Assembly: GCF_009914755.1 (NCBI RefSeq)
Contig: NC_060942.1
Reading direction: 5' to 3' (one strand)
Source: the human T2T-CHM13v2.0 reference genome, Homo sapiens
Length of the DNA stretch: 64,000 nucleotides
Shown here: positions 16,702 through 31,491 of the stretch, piece by piece
Layout of the letters: every line of letters starts with the position of its first letter
Numbering within the stretch: position 1 is the stretch's first letter
The notes under the pieces: generated by a model
The model's input: the letters and a program-made list of their open reading frames with translations, nothing else
Told to the model about the DNA's origin: nothing
The model's database searches: none
Position numbers and translations under genes: made by a program

Positions 16702-19700
16702 TATGTTTTAAATAATTAATGTCATATCAGCCGTATTTTCTGACAGCATCTTAATAAGTTTAGCTATGAACAATGTAAAATTGGATAATGAAGAAAGTTT
16801 AGAATGTTTTAAGTGAATAAACCTATATAAGTTCTGAATTAAAGGAAAAATAGAAATAAAATAGTATTAGAAGTAATTAGCAAATGAATCAATAAACAAA
16901 CTTTTTGAGCTATAATGGTATTTAAATTTAAATATAAATGTAAATATATGGTTCCAAACTCTCTGTTTAATATAAACAAAGATTGGCAATTTATGAATAA
17001 ACTTTTAACTGATAAAGCCAGAAAACTAATAGAATTAATACAAACAGTAAAAGGGAGAAAATAACGATTAAAGCATATACAAATGAAATGGGAAACAAAT
17101 AACCTCAACAATATAATAAATAATAAAATTGAGTTTTTTCCTACAAACAATTAACAAAAGGATTAACCAAGGATTTTAAAACTCTAGCAAGGCTGTTCAA
17201 GAAATAAAAAATTGCTCAACTAAATAATATTACAAATAAAAAGAACTTCAAATAGAGTGTTAATTTTCTAAAATCATAGTTTAAAACTATGAACAACTTT
17301 ATACCAATACATTTGGTGAAAAATGAAACGGACAATCTGAAAGAAACGTATAAACTGCAAAAATAAATTCAAAGAGACAGAGTAAATAAAATCAATGTAT
17401 TACAGACTATGGAAATAACAATCAACAATTCCCTCTTCCTTTTTTCACTGCCCAATTTTATACATATTATACTCAGATTGATTTACAAGCATATGTAAGC
17501 CATGTCTTACAGGGATACCCAATTTGTCTTATAAAGCCAGGAGAACTTTTATTAAGACTGAGTGAGAAAAAATGTAGGAAACTATGATGATTGACCAATG
17601 TTACCATGAACATGAATATAAAATTTAAAAAGCAATAAAAACTTAAAACCTACATTCAGCATCATAATAAAAGAACTAGGGTTTATACAAAGTAATACAA
17701 TGATGGTTTAATGTAAGAAAACCTACTGTTCTTTATGAACGATTAAAGGGCAACGATATTAAGAATATCTTAATAGATGCAGAGAACAAATTGAATCAAA
17801 TAAGCACTTATCGATGATAAACAAAAAGTTATAGTAACATGAGAATAGAAGAGCATATCCTTAAGTTGATAAAGAATAGCTAATGAATTGGCAAATTAAA
17901 CAGATGACTTAAAACTTAATGATAAAGCCACACTGGTTGCAAAGAACCGTCTGTTATAACCTGTGAATGAGCATGAGCAGCAACATTGCTCTAGACAAGA
18001 TTTATCTTAAAAAAGCTATGATTTTTTTAACAGCCTTACACATTGGCAATCATGCATCTGTAAAGTAATGACAAAAGATACCATTAAAATGACAACAATA
18101 GTGAAAAGGCACTTACAAATAAATCTAACAAAAGATATTGTAAATGACATATGAAAATTTAGGAAACACAATTTTGAAGAACTTCGAATAAGATTTTAAT
18201 TGCATAAAATATGTTGATTTTAACTGTAATTTCATATAACTTTAATCTAATTACAAATAAAATTGTAAAAGAGTGTTTTGAAGACCTTGACCCATGAATT
18301 ATTTGGAAGGATAAAGGACAAGGAATACTCTAGAAGAAAAAGAAAGAAGGAGCTGGAATAAAAACTTGTCTTATTATTTAACAAGATTTATTAAAATACT
18401 GTAATGCTGGAGCAGTGGAGACATATTATAACGACGGAGCAGAATGGAAAAACAATCTTAGACCCACTTGTATGTGAAAATTTGATGCATGACAAAAAAA
18501 GGTATTAAAAGCCAGTGGGAGACAATGTAGCAAATATTGTTTGGAAAATAGCTATTCACTGGTAAAAAATAAATATAGATCCCTGAGTTACAAAATAGAC
18601 CTACATCAATTTCACATGGAAAAGGCCTATGTGCTAAAAGCTGAACTTAGAAACTTTCAGAAGAAAATACAGGGAAAATTTTACTATACTAAAAATTTTA
18701 AGAACATCTTTAAGAAGATATAAAAAACACAACTAGAGATGTATAAAATTAAAGCTTCATATAAAAAATACATTTCAAATAAAATTAAAACCACATATTA
18801 GAAAAAATATTGAGTGAATATATGACATTAGCTTACATTGCATGATATATAATTTATACCTATAAGTCAATCAGAAAAATAAATGTGCAATAGAAAAATG
18901 AGAAAGGATCTGATCATAAAGTTCCACAAAGAACAACAGCAAATGTCTAACATTAAAAACATATTGGACCTTACCCTTTATGAGGAAAATGTCAATTAAA
19001 ACAATGTGATTATTTGATCACTTGAAAGCCATTAGATTGATAGAATTTTAAAAGGTGACAACTTCAAGTGTTTGGATGGCTGTGGGTAAATGGGAACTCT
19101 AATAGTGACATGTTGAAATATAAACTGGTAAAGCTATCTTGGAAAGCAATTTACCAATACATAGGAAAAGTAAAATCACACATGCTCTATGACCTGCCAT
19201 TCAATTTCTACACCTACATGATTTAAAAAAATTATGCAGTTATACAAGGAATGACGTGAAATTATATTTATTTCACTATTATTAATAACAGCGAAAAATT
19301 ATAGTCCATATAATTTCGAACCACTAGTAGATATAGGTAAATGTTTACTGTTTTAATCAATTACTTACTAACAGTTAAAACAAATCAACTAAATATAATG
19401 AGCAAAAATGCAATTGCAAAAGAACATGTAAGTGATTTCTGCAATTTAGTCTGAGATGCATCCAAAAACGAATATGTATTAATGGGTGTGTAATAAAGCC
19501 AGAATAGCAAAATGTTGATAAATCTAAGTAAAAGGTATGTAGGTGCTCACTGTAAAATTCTTTCCAACTTGTTGTGTATATGAATATTTTAAATATAGTT
19601 GAATTTGATAACATACTATAAATACTCATAAATTATATTATTTGCAGAATGATACATTAATAATAAAATTGTAAAAACATGCATGGAAATGACACATATT

Positions 19701-20920
19701 AACTTCAGAGTAATGGTTACTTCTAGGGAATGAGAGAAGGAAAGGGATGAAAGGTGAGGATTTACTCTATCAGTCATGTTTCCTAGTATTAAAGAAAGAA
19801 AAAGTAAGGAAGAGAGAAATCTAAAATACAGCAAAAAGATTTCCATGTGTTAATACCAAGTTGTTCATTCAGAGATATAGTTTATTACTTTTGTACATAC
19901 TTCTATCTAATTGAAATATTGCCTGATTAAAACTTATATCAAAACACGATGAACGATATCTACATTATCAAAATTATCTTAAAAGGATAATATTGGCTTA
20001 AAAAGCAAGATCATTTGCATTGTAAAATGCCTGGTGCATAAAATTTTTAAATGCAAAACAATCTTAAGTGTTGTATATGGATATATGCATAAATAATAAA
20101 AGTAAAAAAGCACAAATGTGAAGATACTCACCAAATAAAAGACAGTGGTTAACCCAGGGGAAGAAAAGAGCAAAATGAGTTAAGGAACGGTAAAGGTCGT
20201 TTCAATTGAATTTGCAACATTACAGTCCTCAAAACAATTTTACTTTTGATAAATCTGGGTAATAGAACACAGTTCTTCAAGTTTTAAAATTTTCATGATA
20301 CATAATAAAAAAGAAATCATAAATCAGTACAGTCTAAAAGAATGACCTGACTTCTCAAGTCAGAAACAGCATCACAAAAAGAAAGAACTCTCCCATGACA
20401 CATGAGAAACTGCTAGCATATTCCAAGAACTCTTTTTCCTATTAGTCTATGATATTAGCTTAGATCATTGATTACTGGTTATGTTCATTTATTTCTGTAC
20501 ATACGATAATCCTGTGCTGTTTTGTGGCCATTATTTTATATATCTTACATTGTATCCTCAAATCATAGGGTTTAAAAAATTCTTACTGAATATTTGATAA
20601 AACCATTTAACCAAACTGAGGATTCATCTGGATCATTCTAAACATTTCTCATTCTTTTTTTTGTTAAGAAGCTGAGATCACAAGAAATATCTAAGAAACT
20701 TCCTGGAGAAGTTGCATATTGGAAAGGATCATTTAATTTGAACACCAGTGAGGCAAAATTCCTTAAGAAAAGCGTAGCCATTAGATACAAAGCAGAATGT
20801 CTACAGTGGTTATAATTCAACCTTTTCAGGCCCTCAGCTGCTTTTCCCAGCTAAGAGCCAAGAGTGTCTACCCAGGATCCTGGGCATTCAGCGTGAAATG
20901 AGCAATGCCGACGTTTCTTA

Positions 20921-21215
<295 letters not shown>

Positions 21216-21226
21216 AAAGAAGTTTC

Positions 21227-21495
21227 GGCCGGGTGCAGTGGCTCACGCCTGTAATCCCAGCACTGTGGGAGGCCGAGACGGGCGGATCTCGAGGTCAGGA
21301 GATCGAGACCATCCTGGCGAACACGGTGAAACCCCGTCTCTACTAAAAATACAAAAAAATTAGCCAGTCGTAGTGGCGGGCGCCTGTAGTCCCAGCTACG
21401 GAGGCAGGAGAATGGCGTGAGCCCGGGAGGCGGAGCTTGCAGTGAGCCGAGATCGCTCCTCCAGCCTTGGCGACAGAGCGAAACTCCGTCTCAAA

Positions 21496-21530
<35 letters not shown>
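21227..21530 (+). mobile_element. AluY with two internal deletions and (AAAT)n tail
   Basis: CpG-rich Y sequence; TSD aaagaagtttc 21216-21226 / 21531-21541. Confidence 0.93.
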
Positions 21531-21990
21531 AAAGAAGTTTCTTGAACCATGATAGGCTACTTGCTACCAAAAACTAGAGAAATACACATGTACATCGGAC
21601 TAGTTATGGAAGAAAAGGACCTAAAAGTCAGCTTTCTACTTCTTTAACATGGGACAACTGGGTTGAGACTCCCCTCAGTGTAACCAAGTGTTCTGTGGCT
21701 GAAATTAGAGCACTTTGTTACACAGATATGAGAAAAAAAAAATCAAAGAATCATCAAGGCAGATACCTACTCATTTCCTTTTTCCTCCTTCTTTCCCTTC
21801 CACAAAATACTTTTTTTTTTCCCTGCTGAAAAGCATATTCACAGCCATGGCAAATCCCTCCTCTCAAACCATCTATCAATTTGAAGTGGTTTCTGCTTTA
21901 CAGTCTGAATCCACCCCTACTTGGAGTTCCTTAGAGGATAAATAGAATGGAAATGCAAAGTGCTAATAACATATACATATCTAACTCTTT

Positions 21991-22075
21991 TCACAAGGGT
22001 ATTGTAAAGACTAATGAGTTATTGTTTGAAAAGACTTTGGTGGCTTTCTGATGAAAGGTGGAATATGCATAGAGT
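21991..22075 (+). mobile_element. Ancient amniote SINE 3' tail fragment (MIR1_Amn-like)
   Basis: tcacaagggtattgtaaagactaatgagttattgtttgaaaagactttgg...gatgaaagg resembles the remembered tail consensus. Confidence 0.4.
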
Positions 22076-23914
22076 TTGGAAGGTTTTATTTTGTTACTGT
22101 TGTTGTTATAATTAGAGTAGCTGTATAGTGTGTGAAGCACACCACCAGCCAAGCATCATCTCCTTTCTCCTTCCTTGTTTGTGCTTGAAAAGTAAGCCCG
22201 TTGCCCTCTATAGGTCTTGGTTGCGTTAATCACTTTTTATTCTGCTGTCAGACACCATGGGGTAAACTCTGGATTATTTAGTCAGCTGAAAAGCCAAAAT
22301 CAACATTTTGGAAAATTCCCTGACCTTCCTAACATTCTTCTTCTTTCTTTCACACTCCAACAGAGTATCCCCTCTGTGTGCTAGACTTTCTATTTTGATA
22401 ATTTGTCTGACTTACTGCATTTGGTAAGGGAGGTCTGGGAAACGAAGTTAAGCATCCCAGAAAGGTTTATTCTGCCCCTTATTAAATGGAAGCTAGTCTT
22501 CTTTGCAGACCTCTAATAAGGTTCACGAGCTCAAAAGCATCACTCAAGGATAAGTGTGCATAGGTCTTTGTTGATCTGCATGCTGATTTCTCTAGGTCTT
22601 TGACTCTGTGTTCTGGTGGGGGGCTATTTTGCATTTGCTGAATAGTATACCTTTTCCCTGCTGCCCTCCTCTCTCTTGTTATGTATGGGCTGTCTCTATC
22701 TAAAATTCCTTATGCTGATTTTCCAGACACATTTATTTATGTTCACTCACTAATTGAAAATCTCATATTTGAAGTTATTATTCTGATTGATGTCTGTCAT
22801 TTTGATCAAGCAGTAGCTCACAGATGCTTTGTTAGAACAATTTTATAAGTGAGTTTATCATCATGCCTTTCTCTCCTGACCTTCTCCATAGCTGGTAGCA
22901 AAAAATCTCAGTGGAGGCTCAGAAAGAGGAGATGTTTGGCAAGCCTCCCAAATTCATTTCATTGTGTCTTCACTACTAAAAGCAATCCTTCTATTTCAGC
23001 TGTTGTTAATAGTAATAGAGGAGAGGCAGAGCAGTCAGACTCAGTGCAGGGAAACAAAAATAAGTGGAATGGGGACCTCTCCCCACCAAGAGGAACTCTG
23101 TCCCCAAGCTGAGCGCACATTTGTTCTCTCCTACACAGACAACGTTGGGAGGCAGGTGGGGGTGGGGGAGAATGTTTATCAGATTGCTCTTCATAATATC
23201 TGAAATACAGAGAAGGTTGAAATTCTGAGCTGCTTTAGGTAAGAGGGCACTGAAAGGTGGTGGAAAGGTACTCAGAAAACCAAGATGTGGAACAGAGAAC
23301 ACATTTTCTACACTTTGCACATTTGCTAAGTCCCATCAATTTTACTTGTTTTGTTGGAAAAAGTGTTTCCTAAAGTATATGTTGTTCTGTAACCAATATA
23401 TTCTCATTCAAATAAACTGGTTAATGTTATATATGTTATTCTTGTTTTCAAAATTAACAATGCCCATTCATAGTTAAGTTCATTCTATCAAGGAGCTTAT
23501 TTCAATTTACTTAATCCAAATTTTTTGGAATGTATTTGAATCACTTTTTATTTATCACAAAAATTAACATCCCAAGAAATGATTGCCTTCTCAAACAGTT
23601 TTAAATATCTTGTATTAGACCATAGGCCTCTTGTGATTAAATAATTTTATGTATAGAATCATGAACCATTAATATCAGAAGGACCTTGGGCTCATTGAAT
23701 CCAAATCTGTGCCTAATGCATGCATGGATTTCCTCTTACAATATGAACACTTAGAACTTGCTTAAATGTCTTTTTAAAATCCCACCTCATGAGGAAAGAC
23801 TCATGAAAGAAAGTGTTCATTTTTGGACAAAGATCCAGATTAAATGAAAATTCTATTTGCTAATCATTTTTAACCACTAACTACAATTTTTCTTAGAAAT
23901 TCACTTCCAATTTC

Positions 23915-25360
23915 TTTCATTCATTTAAAAATATTTATTGAAGATCTTTTATGTGACAGGCACTATTCTAGAGATTGGGGATATTTCAGTGAACAAGACT
24001 GATGAAGTCCCTGCCCTCATGGAGCTTGCATTCTGTGTTCAAAAACAGACATGAAGCAAGCTCATTAATAAATAAAATAACATTAGGTGGTAATAAAGGA
24101 TATAGAAAAAAAGAGAAAACCATTTTAGGGACAGAGAAAGAAGAAGGGATAGAAGTATTCTATCTGTTGATCTGTTTGAAGCATTCTGGTTAGGGAAGTT
24201 CTCTCTGAGTAGGAGACATTTGAATAGACACCTAAAAAAGGTGAAAGGAAGGTTAGTCTTGCAGCAGGAATGTGGAACAAGGTCCCAACAGCATGAATGA
24301 ACTGAACTGGAGGAGTAGCAAAAAGGCTCTTGGTCATGAATAAAAACCAAACTATTTTACCTCAAAATATTTTTGACATATTTCTAGATGGTTATTTAGA
24401 AAAGCTGGACATGTAAAAATAGCTGAAAAGCTGTCTTTTGTAGGGGAGATTTGCAACTGTAAAGAAAATCTGCCTTGATACAGCCAGGCTTTCTCTGAAG
24501 GCCTCACCTTTTCTGGATCTAGGAAAGATTAATTGAGATTCTGACACCTTAAAGGTCTGAAAGAAGCATTTACCATCTATTCTCTCTGAGGATGCTCTCT
24601 ATGAAATTTCATATGTTTAACAAGACCGTCTTTGCTAGCCAGGCCTCCTCTTCTCTCCCTCCCATAACCTGTTTTGCTACCGTAACTTATTTTACCATAA
24701 TCTAAGCCCCTATTCTTTCTGTAATCTCTAGGTGGTATAAAGGTGTCAACTATCTTCCCTTTCTTTAAGATCTTATAATTTGTTCCACAAAATAATGCCT
24801 GCCTCTTGGATTCATTCGAATTCCAAAGAGAATCATTTTGCAAGTTAATTTCTGTCTCCCTGGTTCATTCATTCTCCCTAACAATCACTTAATGCCTCTC
24901 AAAAGAATTATCTACATTCTCCATCTCCCCATCCCCTATGAAAAAGGGCATATTAGCTTCTGTACTTCACTGAGGAGTTGGGGTATTCACTTTGTGGTTC
25001 TCTCCCCAATACATGTTAATAAATTTGTATTCTTTTTCTCCTATTAACCTGCCTTTTTACAATGAACTTTCAAGAGGCCAAAGGGAAAGTTTTCCAATAA
25101 CCCCTACAGTAAAAAAGAAAGGAAAGGAAATTGCAGCTGGAGAGTTATCAGAGGCCAGATCTCAGGGGATGTGACACCAGGCTAAGGCCTCTGAATTATG
25201 TTCTAGGAGGACAGAAGCCACTGTAAGATTTGTAGCCAATGGATAATATTACTAGCATTAAGTTTTCAGAAGGATCACTTTGACTGCTATGCGGAGAATA
25301 GATCATAAAGGCAATAGCAGAAGCAAGAAAACAAGACAGGAGACCAATGCAATCAAGTGA
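23915..25360. mobile_element. L2 remnant interrupted by an LTR
   Basis: cattcatttaaaaatatttattg...gtccctgccctcatggagcttgcattct; resumes after 25108. Confidence 0.65.
24337..25108 (+). mobile_element. ERV1 solo LTR (MER39/MER4-group-like)
   Basis: TG...CA termini, aataaa near the 3' end, TSD gtca/gtaa. Confidence 0.8.
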
Positions 25361-26003
25361 ATCCCCAAGACACCTCATTCTTGACAATCTATCATCTTTC
25401 CTCTGGGTCTGTGATGCTCTGTACATGCCTCTACTCTAGCTCCATCTACTTTCAGTGGGCTTGACTGCTTAAAAGTCGTTCTCCACCACTCCTGGAAGAC
25501 GGTCAGCTCTGTAGAGGTAAGGACCATGGTTTACTTCTCTTCCTATCCCTAGAACCAAAGCCAGTGCTGGCCACATACATGAATACCTCAATAAAATCAG
25601 GCTGAATTTCTCTACTGCTCCTTACAAGTGGCAGGCCTTAAAACTCTGCATTTGAAGGCAGTAATGTTTATTTCCTTGTTTAAAAAGTAACTTGGAGATC
25701 TGTCTCTGCATTTCCACTTGTCAGTTAAAGTCTACCCTCTCTTATGAGGCCATCTGCAACTGTTACCTGTTATCCATGTTGCTAAACCATTTTCAGACCT
25801 AGTTTATAGTTTGTTGCATTGGTGAGTATAATTCTGTTACTGTTCTTTCCTAGAGCTTTTGGTCAAAGAAAGCACATATTTGTATCACTTTATCTCCAGA
25901 CCATGGTGATTAAACCAAATAAGTGATTAAGCAATGCTTACCAAGGAAAGAAATTTGACAAAATGAGCACTATGCACAATTTTGGATTATTGGGGTTTGT
26001 TAG

Positions 26004-26390
26004 TGTTTTAGTCCATTTTCTGCTACAACAGAATACCACAGACTGGTTAATATATAAATAAAAGAGTTTATTTTTCACAGTTCTGGAGGCTGGGAAGTAC
26101 AAGAGTGTGGTGCCAGCATCTGGCAAGGGCTTTTGTACTGAATTATCCCATGGCAGAACGGCAAGTGGGCATGTGAAATAGAGAGAGAAAATTGGGCAGA
26201 ACTCCACCCTTTTTTCTGGATCCCACTCCCATGACAAGGAATCCCTCTTACAATAACAGCATTAATTCACTGATAAGGGCAGAGTCCTCATGAGCTAATC
26301 ACCTTTTAAAAATGTCACCTCTTAATACTATTATAATGGCAATTAAGTTTCCAACATGTGAATTTTGAGGGACATATTCAAATTATATCA
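26004..26390 (-). mobile_element. MaLR solo LTR (MST/MLT1A-like)
   Basis: tcacagttctggaggctgggaagt motif; TSD gttag/tttag. Confidence 0.8.
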
Positions 26391-26876
26391 TTTAGTTTAG
26401 TGAATAATTATTCTCTTCTATTTGTTTGGGGTCAAACACTATTACAGTATTTTATAGTAACTAAGAGAACTTGCATCCGAAAAAAATGGGGAGCATGGAC
26501 CTAGATGAGATGGCAAAAAATATAATGCAAGTTTTTTTTTTAATATAACCATGGTTTATGGGGTATTCTGAAGAAAGGAAAAGCATTTTGTAGTATTTTA
26601 TAAATTTGATGTAGCTTTGAAAAAACCTTTCCAAATATAGTCATATAATCATATTAGAATTACTTAGTGTGATAGTTAATGTTAGGTGTCAACTTGAGTG
26701 AACTAAGAGATACCCAGGTAGCTGATATAGCATTATTTCAAGGTATGTCTGTGAGGGTGTTTCCAGATGAGATGGGCATTTGAATTAGTGAACCGAGTAA
26801 GGAAGATCTACCCTCCTCCAAAGTGGGTGAGCACTATCCAGTCTATCTAGACGGTCTGGATAGAAAAAAAGGCAGA

Positions 26877-27160
<284 letters not shown>

Positions 27161-27435
27161 TTATTCTGGACCTGGAACCCCCCTTCTCCTTCTCTTGGTT
27201 CTAGTTCCTTTGGCCCTGGGACTCTAGGAACTGCACCAGTGGACCCCTAGCTTCTCAGGCCTTCACGCTTGGACTGAGAGTTACATCATCTACTTCACTG
27301 GTTCTGAAACTTCTGGACTTGAACTCAGCCATGCTACCAGCTTCCCTCGTTCTCCATCTTGCTGACGGCCAATCATGGGATTTCTCAGCCTCCACTTAAT
27401 CAAGTGAGCAAGTTTCTCTAATAAATCCTCTTCAT

Positions 27436-27462
27436 CTACCTACCTACCTACCTACCTACCTA
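27436..27462. repeat. (CTAC)n microsatellite within MLT2
   Basis: Direct reading. Confidence 0.9.
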
Positions 27463-30400
27463 TCTCCTATTAGTTCTGTCTCTCTGGAGAACCCTGACTA
27501 ATATAGTTAGTAAAGACTAGGTATAGTTTCCAAATCAGAGACTTATTTGACCTAGATAAATGGAAACAGAACTAGGAGATTCGAGGTAAGATCAGAAATT
27601 ACAAATAGTATTGCACATTCTGAGAACTCCAAATCACAATTATCAAAAATTACTAAAAAAAAAGCTTAAATAATGGGCTCAAAAATTATGAAGGTTTATT
27701 GAGTAGAAATTGTTGAGATTTAGTTCAAAAACTAAAAGCTTTGGACAGGAAAGGAATCATGAAAAGAAAAAGTTTTATATGGCATAAGACATATATCAAT
27801 AATATTTGTGGATGCATTTAACTAGAGTCCAAATCCAGTGGCCGATTAACTCCAACCGTTTTTTTTGATTTCTCAGGGTAGTAACCAGCTGAGCTGTTAA
27901 GCCAGTCAAGGAAAAGTATATTATTTCCATCCTCTTTTTAAACACTCTATAAAGAACCCTCTCGTTCATAATAGCTTTGTTTACTGCATAGTACAGCATG
28001 TTCTAATTATCACCCCTGCCTCACTAACCACACAGCTTATGTTCCCACACTCATCTGTTATTTTTATGCCTCCTACAGAAATGAAGAGAACATTAATAAG
28101 AATAATACTTGGAAGATAATATTTTTGGTAAAATTAGGAAAAAATATGGCTGACAATATAGGAAATAGAGCTTTTCAGTTAAATTGAAATGACCCAGCAC
28201 TAGCAGTACGCTTTCTTCGCTGTTTTCATTTATGATTTGCTGTCAGTCCATAATCTGTTTCTTTTCCTCTTTACTCGGATGATTTATTTGGTTACGATTT
28301 TATTTGGCTGTTTATTTTTTTCTGTCACTAAATTTGCTTCACTTTTTTCCCCATATATTTCTTTTACCTTGAGAATTTCTTCCACCTTTCTTGCTTTTTC
28401 CATATTTTGAAATTCTAACTTTCATTTGCTTTTGGTTTATATTTTTCTCAATTTCTTATTTGCCTTTTTATCTCCCTGCTTTCTCTCTCTTCTTCTATCA
28501 TCTACCTGTAATAACTTCTCTAATGTATGCACAGAAAATATCTTTTTGTACCTCTGATGGGCAAAAAATGTATATACATATATATTGATATGGGAATTAA
28601 TACATTTTCAGCACAAGAAATGGGACCAGCGGGAATGTCAAATGGAACATTAAAACATTTAAAAATCACTACATTAGCTGAGCAAGGCTTAAATAATATT
28701 TGCATGGCAAAGAGTCTAAATAAAGAAGCAAGAATAATGAAGTAATAGAAAAAGAAAATGGCTATAAAATGATCCTTTGAAAAAGTAATATGTTGGAACA
28801 GAATTGCACCAATCTTTCCAATCTGTAAAAGGTGGAGTCAATATGCCTTTTACACACAGTCTTTCCTAACATTTAAAATATGTATGTGCATAAATATTTC
28901 TTATAAGACTAAGGAGGCAACAGGTCTCACCTCATTAAGAACCATGTTTGCTGTGCTGCTGATTTCACCATTCAAATAGTGGTTACTGCTTGCAGGGATA
29001 TTTTCCATGATAGAAATCTTAAATGGATGGGGAGGGAAAAAGAAAAAAAAAAAAAACAAGAGAAGAAGATTGCTAATTAAAAGGGAAAGAAACAACAAGG
29101 CGGGATACATCAGTCCGTGGATACACACATTTTCAGCGATGACTCAGGAACACGTTTGGGTAGATTACGTCAACTCTTCCCTCAATAGTTGAATCTAATC
29201 ATCCCTGTGAATTGATTGGAGTTTGAAAAAATAGCAACTAAGCCTTCTTTCACATGCTTATAATCAGCTCTTGGAAATGTTGCACTTTAGATAAAATGAT
29301 AGAAATAAATCTGCACATTGATATGGTACAGATATATTTCACTGAGTACACAGAAATTATTTGCATGTAGAGCAATTAAGTGGTGCATAGCCACCTATCC
29401 CTGCTCCTAAAGGGGAAAAGCCTTTGCTGGGGTGGAAGAGGAGGATAATGGAAAGGCTAGCCCAGTGATGTCTCTGTCATCCTCTGCATCCACTGTCAGA
29501 TTGAGCACTGGTTCTAGTCCTGCTTCCCAAGGCTCACATTGACAGTAGCATCTTCCTTTCTCCATCCCCAGCCAGCAACTCTCAAACAAGGCTATTGTAT
29601 TATGTTACTGTGATACTGGTAAAATGAAGTGAGCAACCTTTTTCTTCCACCTAGGATATTCCTGACCCAAGCAACCATCCATCATTCTTCTTTGCTTCCC
29701 CAAAGCACATGTTGCAGAGGAAAGCTACTGTGAGGACAGAGGAGGTGCAGCATAGGCAAAAGACAGACTTACAATGGCCTCCTACCTCAGTGCAAGAAGC
29801 CCAATCCCCAGGCCCCGGCCTAACTTAGCTTCCAGACAAAGACAACTGTACCCACAATGCCGATAGCAGGAAAAACTCTTAGACCTTATTCCAAGAGACA
29901 CACTCCACACACAACATATCCAGACAATACCTGATATTCAGGAAACAGGAAGACTGTCATCATCTAGTTGCATTCTTGCTTGACCAGACATCTCACAGTG
30001 GGGGTGGTGGGGAACCACCAGGGCAGGAGAGGGCCATGCTCCATTCATGGGCTGGGGGTGGGGTTCTAGAAAATAGGGTGGAACTAGGAAAGTGTGGAAT
30101 GGTACTAAAACCAATCATATAGCTGAGTGTTGAGGAATTAATGACTGAGGTAATTTACAAGTGCTCAAGGTTCCTGGAATCAGGATCTATGTCAGCTTGT
30201 CACAAAGGAGACTGGAATGTATTTGTATGGGAGAGAAGGGCAGTGCAGAGGTAGAGGATGTGTGAAGAAATAAGAAATTGTGTGGATCAACTGCATCAGG
30301 GACCTTGGCCCTTGGGCCTTGGCCTGAGGTTTAATTCTAAATTTTAACAGCTTTAAGTCTAAGTAGAAGCGACGTAGCAGAGTGGGGGCATCGAAATATT

Positions 30401-30647
30401 ACCCACTACTTTTCAAACACTGCTTAGAACTCAGTCTGTTGTTGGGAGCACTAATGAATGACAAAAACAAGGAGAAAAACTCCAAAGCTGCTCAGGGTCT
30501 ATCTCTGTAACGTGAGGTATGAAAAGGACAAATTGCAAGAGCCATGGCTTCCTCTTCTCTGCCCAGCTTGAAATCAGAGTGTCTCCCAGGTCACACGCTA
30601 TTTTCCCTGCTCTCTCCCAAATTAAGACTCTAGAGGAGAAGCTTGTT

Positions 30648-30661
30648 GTTGCTATGGTTAC
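30648..30661. promoter_or_regulatory. RFX X-box-like motif GTTGCTATGGTTAC
   Basis: Close match to the RFX palindrome GTTGCCATGGCAAC in non-repeat sequence; function not shown. Confidence 0.35.
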
Positions 30662-31373
30662 ACCAAAGCTAGTGCATCAATACAAATGCATTCCTTTGAA
30701 AACATCCTCAGCTGTAACCTATCAGAACTGGTTTGCTGAGGAATCCATAGTTCCTTAAAGACATTTATGGAGAAGAAAATATTTCTGTGTTCAGGTTGGT
30801 GATGTAACGTTGCTTTGCTCTGCTTGGTTTGAGGGAAGAAACCATTTCCTTGTCAAATATACAGAAGTGGAGGGTTTCCCATGCAGTAAAATCCAATCAT
30901 TTATCCACCAGAGCTCGGCACATGCATCATTGGCCAAGGGATGGTATGTTGAGGGAAGCACACACCACCTAAAAATCTTGTTCTTGCTCACCCTCAATGA
31001 CTAAGACCATTAATGACATAATGGCCTTCTCACATCTACCTTCTACCCAATTAAAACCAGTTTTGGACTATGAGATAGAATCTCCCACTTCTTGCAAATG
31101 CTAGGACAAACAATTCTCATGCTAAAAAGTAAAAGGATAATTCATTCTGGTATCTTAAATTAAAAAGACTTATCAGGAAACATTTTCAGGATTTGTATTC
31201 AAAGGGAAATAAATGCATCCTCTGTAATTTCATATGCTTTATAAAAATATGCAGAATATCCTTCAGTTCACTCTATCTGTATGCAAAAAAAATTGTTTAA
31301 AAAAAGGGATTTTTTTCTCCTTTGTTAAATAGGATTGAGTTGCTTTAGATTTTTTTCCCCTTTCCCTCCTCAG

Positions 31374-31491
31374 GTCTTCCTGTCAGCTGTTACTATCAGC
31401 AATGATTAACCATAAACAAACACTGTGATTCATCAAGAACTGATAGACTCATTGTGGATATCAACCTTCCTCAGTCTCACGATCAGATTAG
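31374..31491 (+). other. Candidate non-coding exon (118 nt)
   Basis: Strong acceptor tttttttcccctttccctcctcag| and donor tag|gtagga. Confidence 0.3.
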
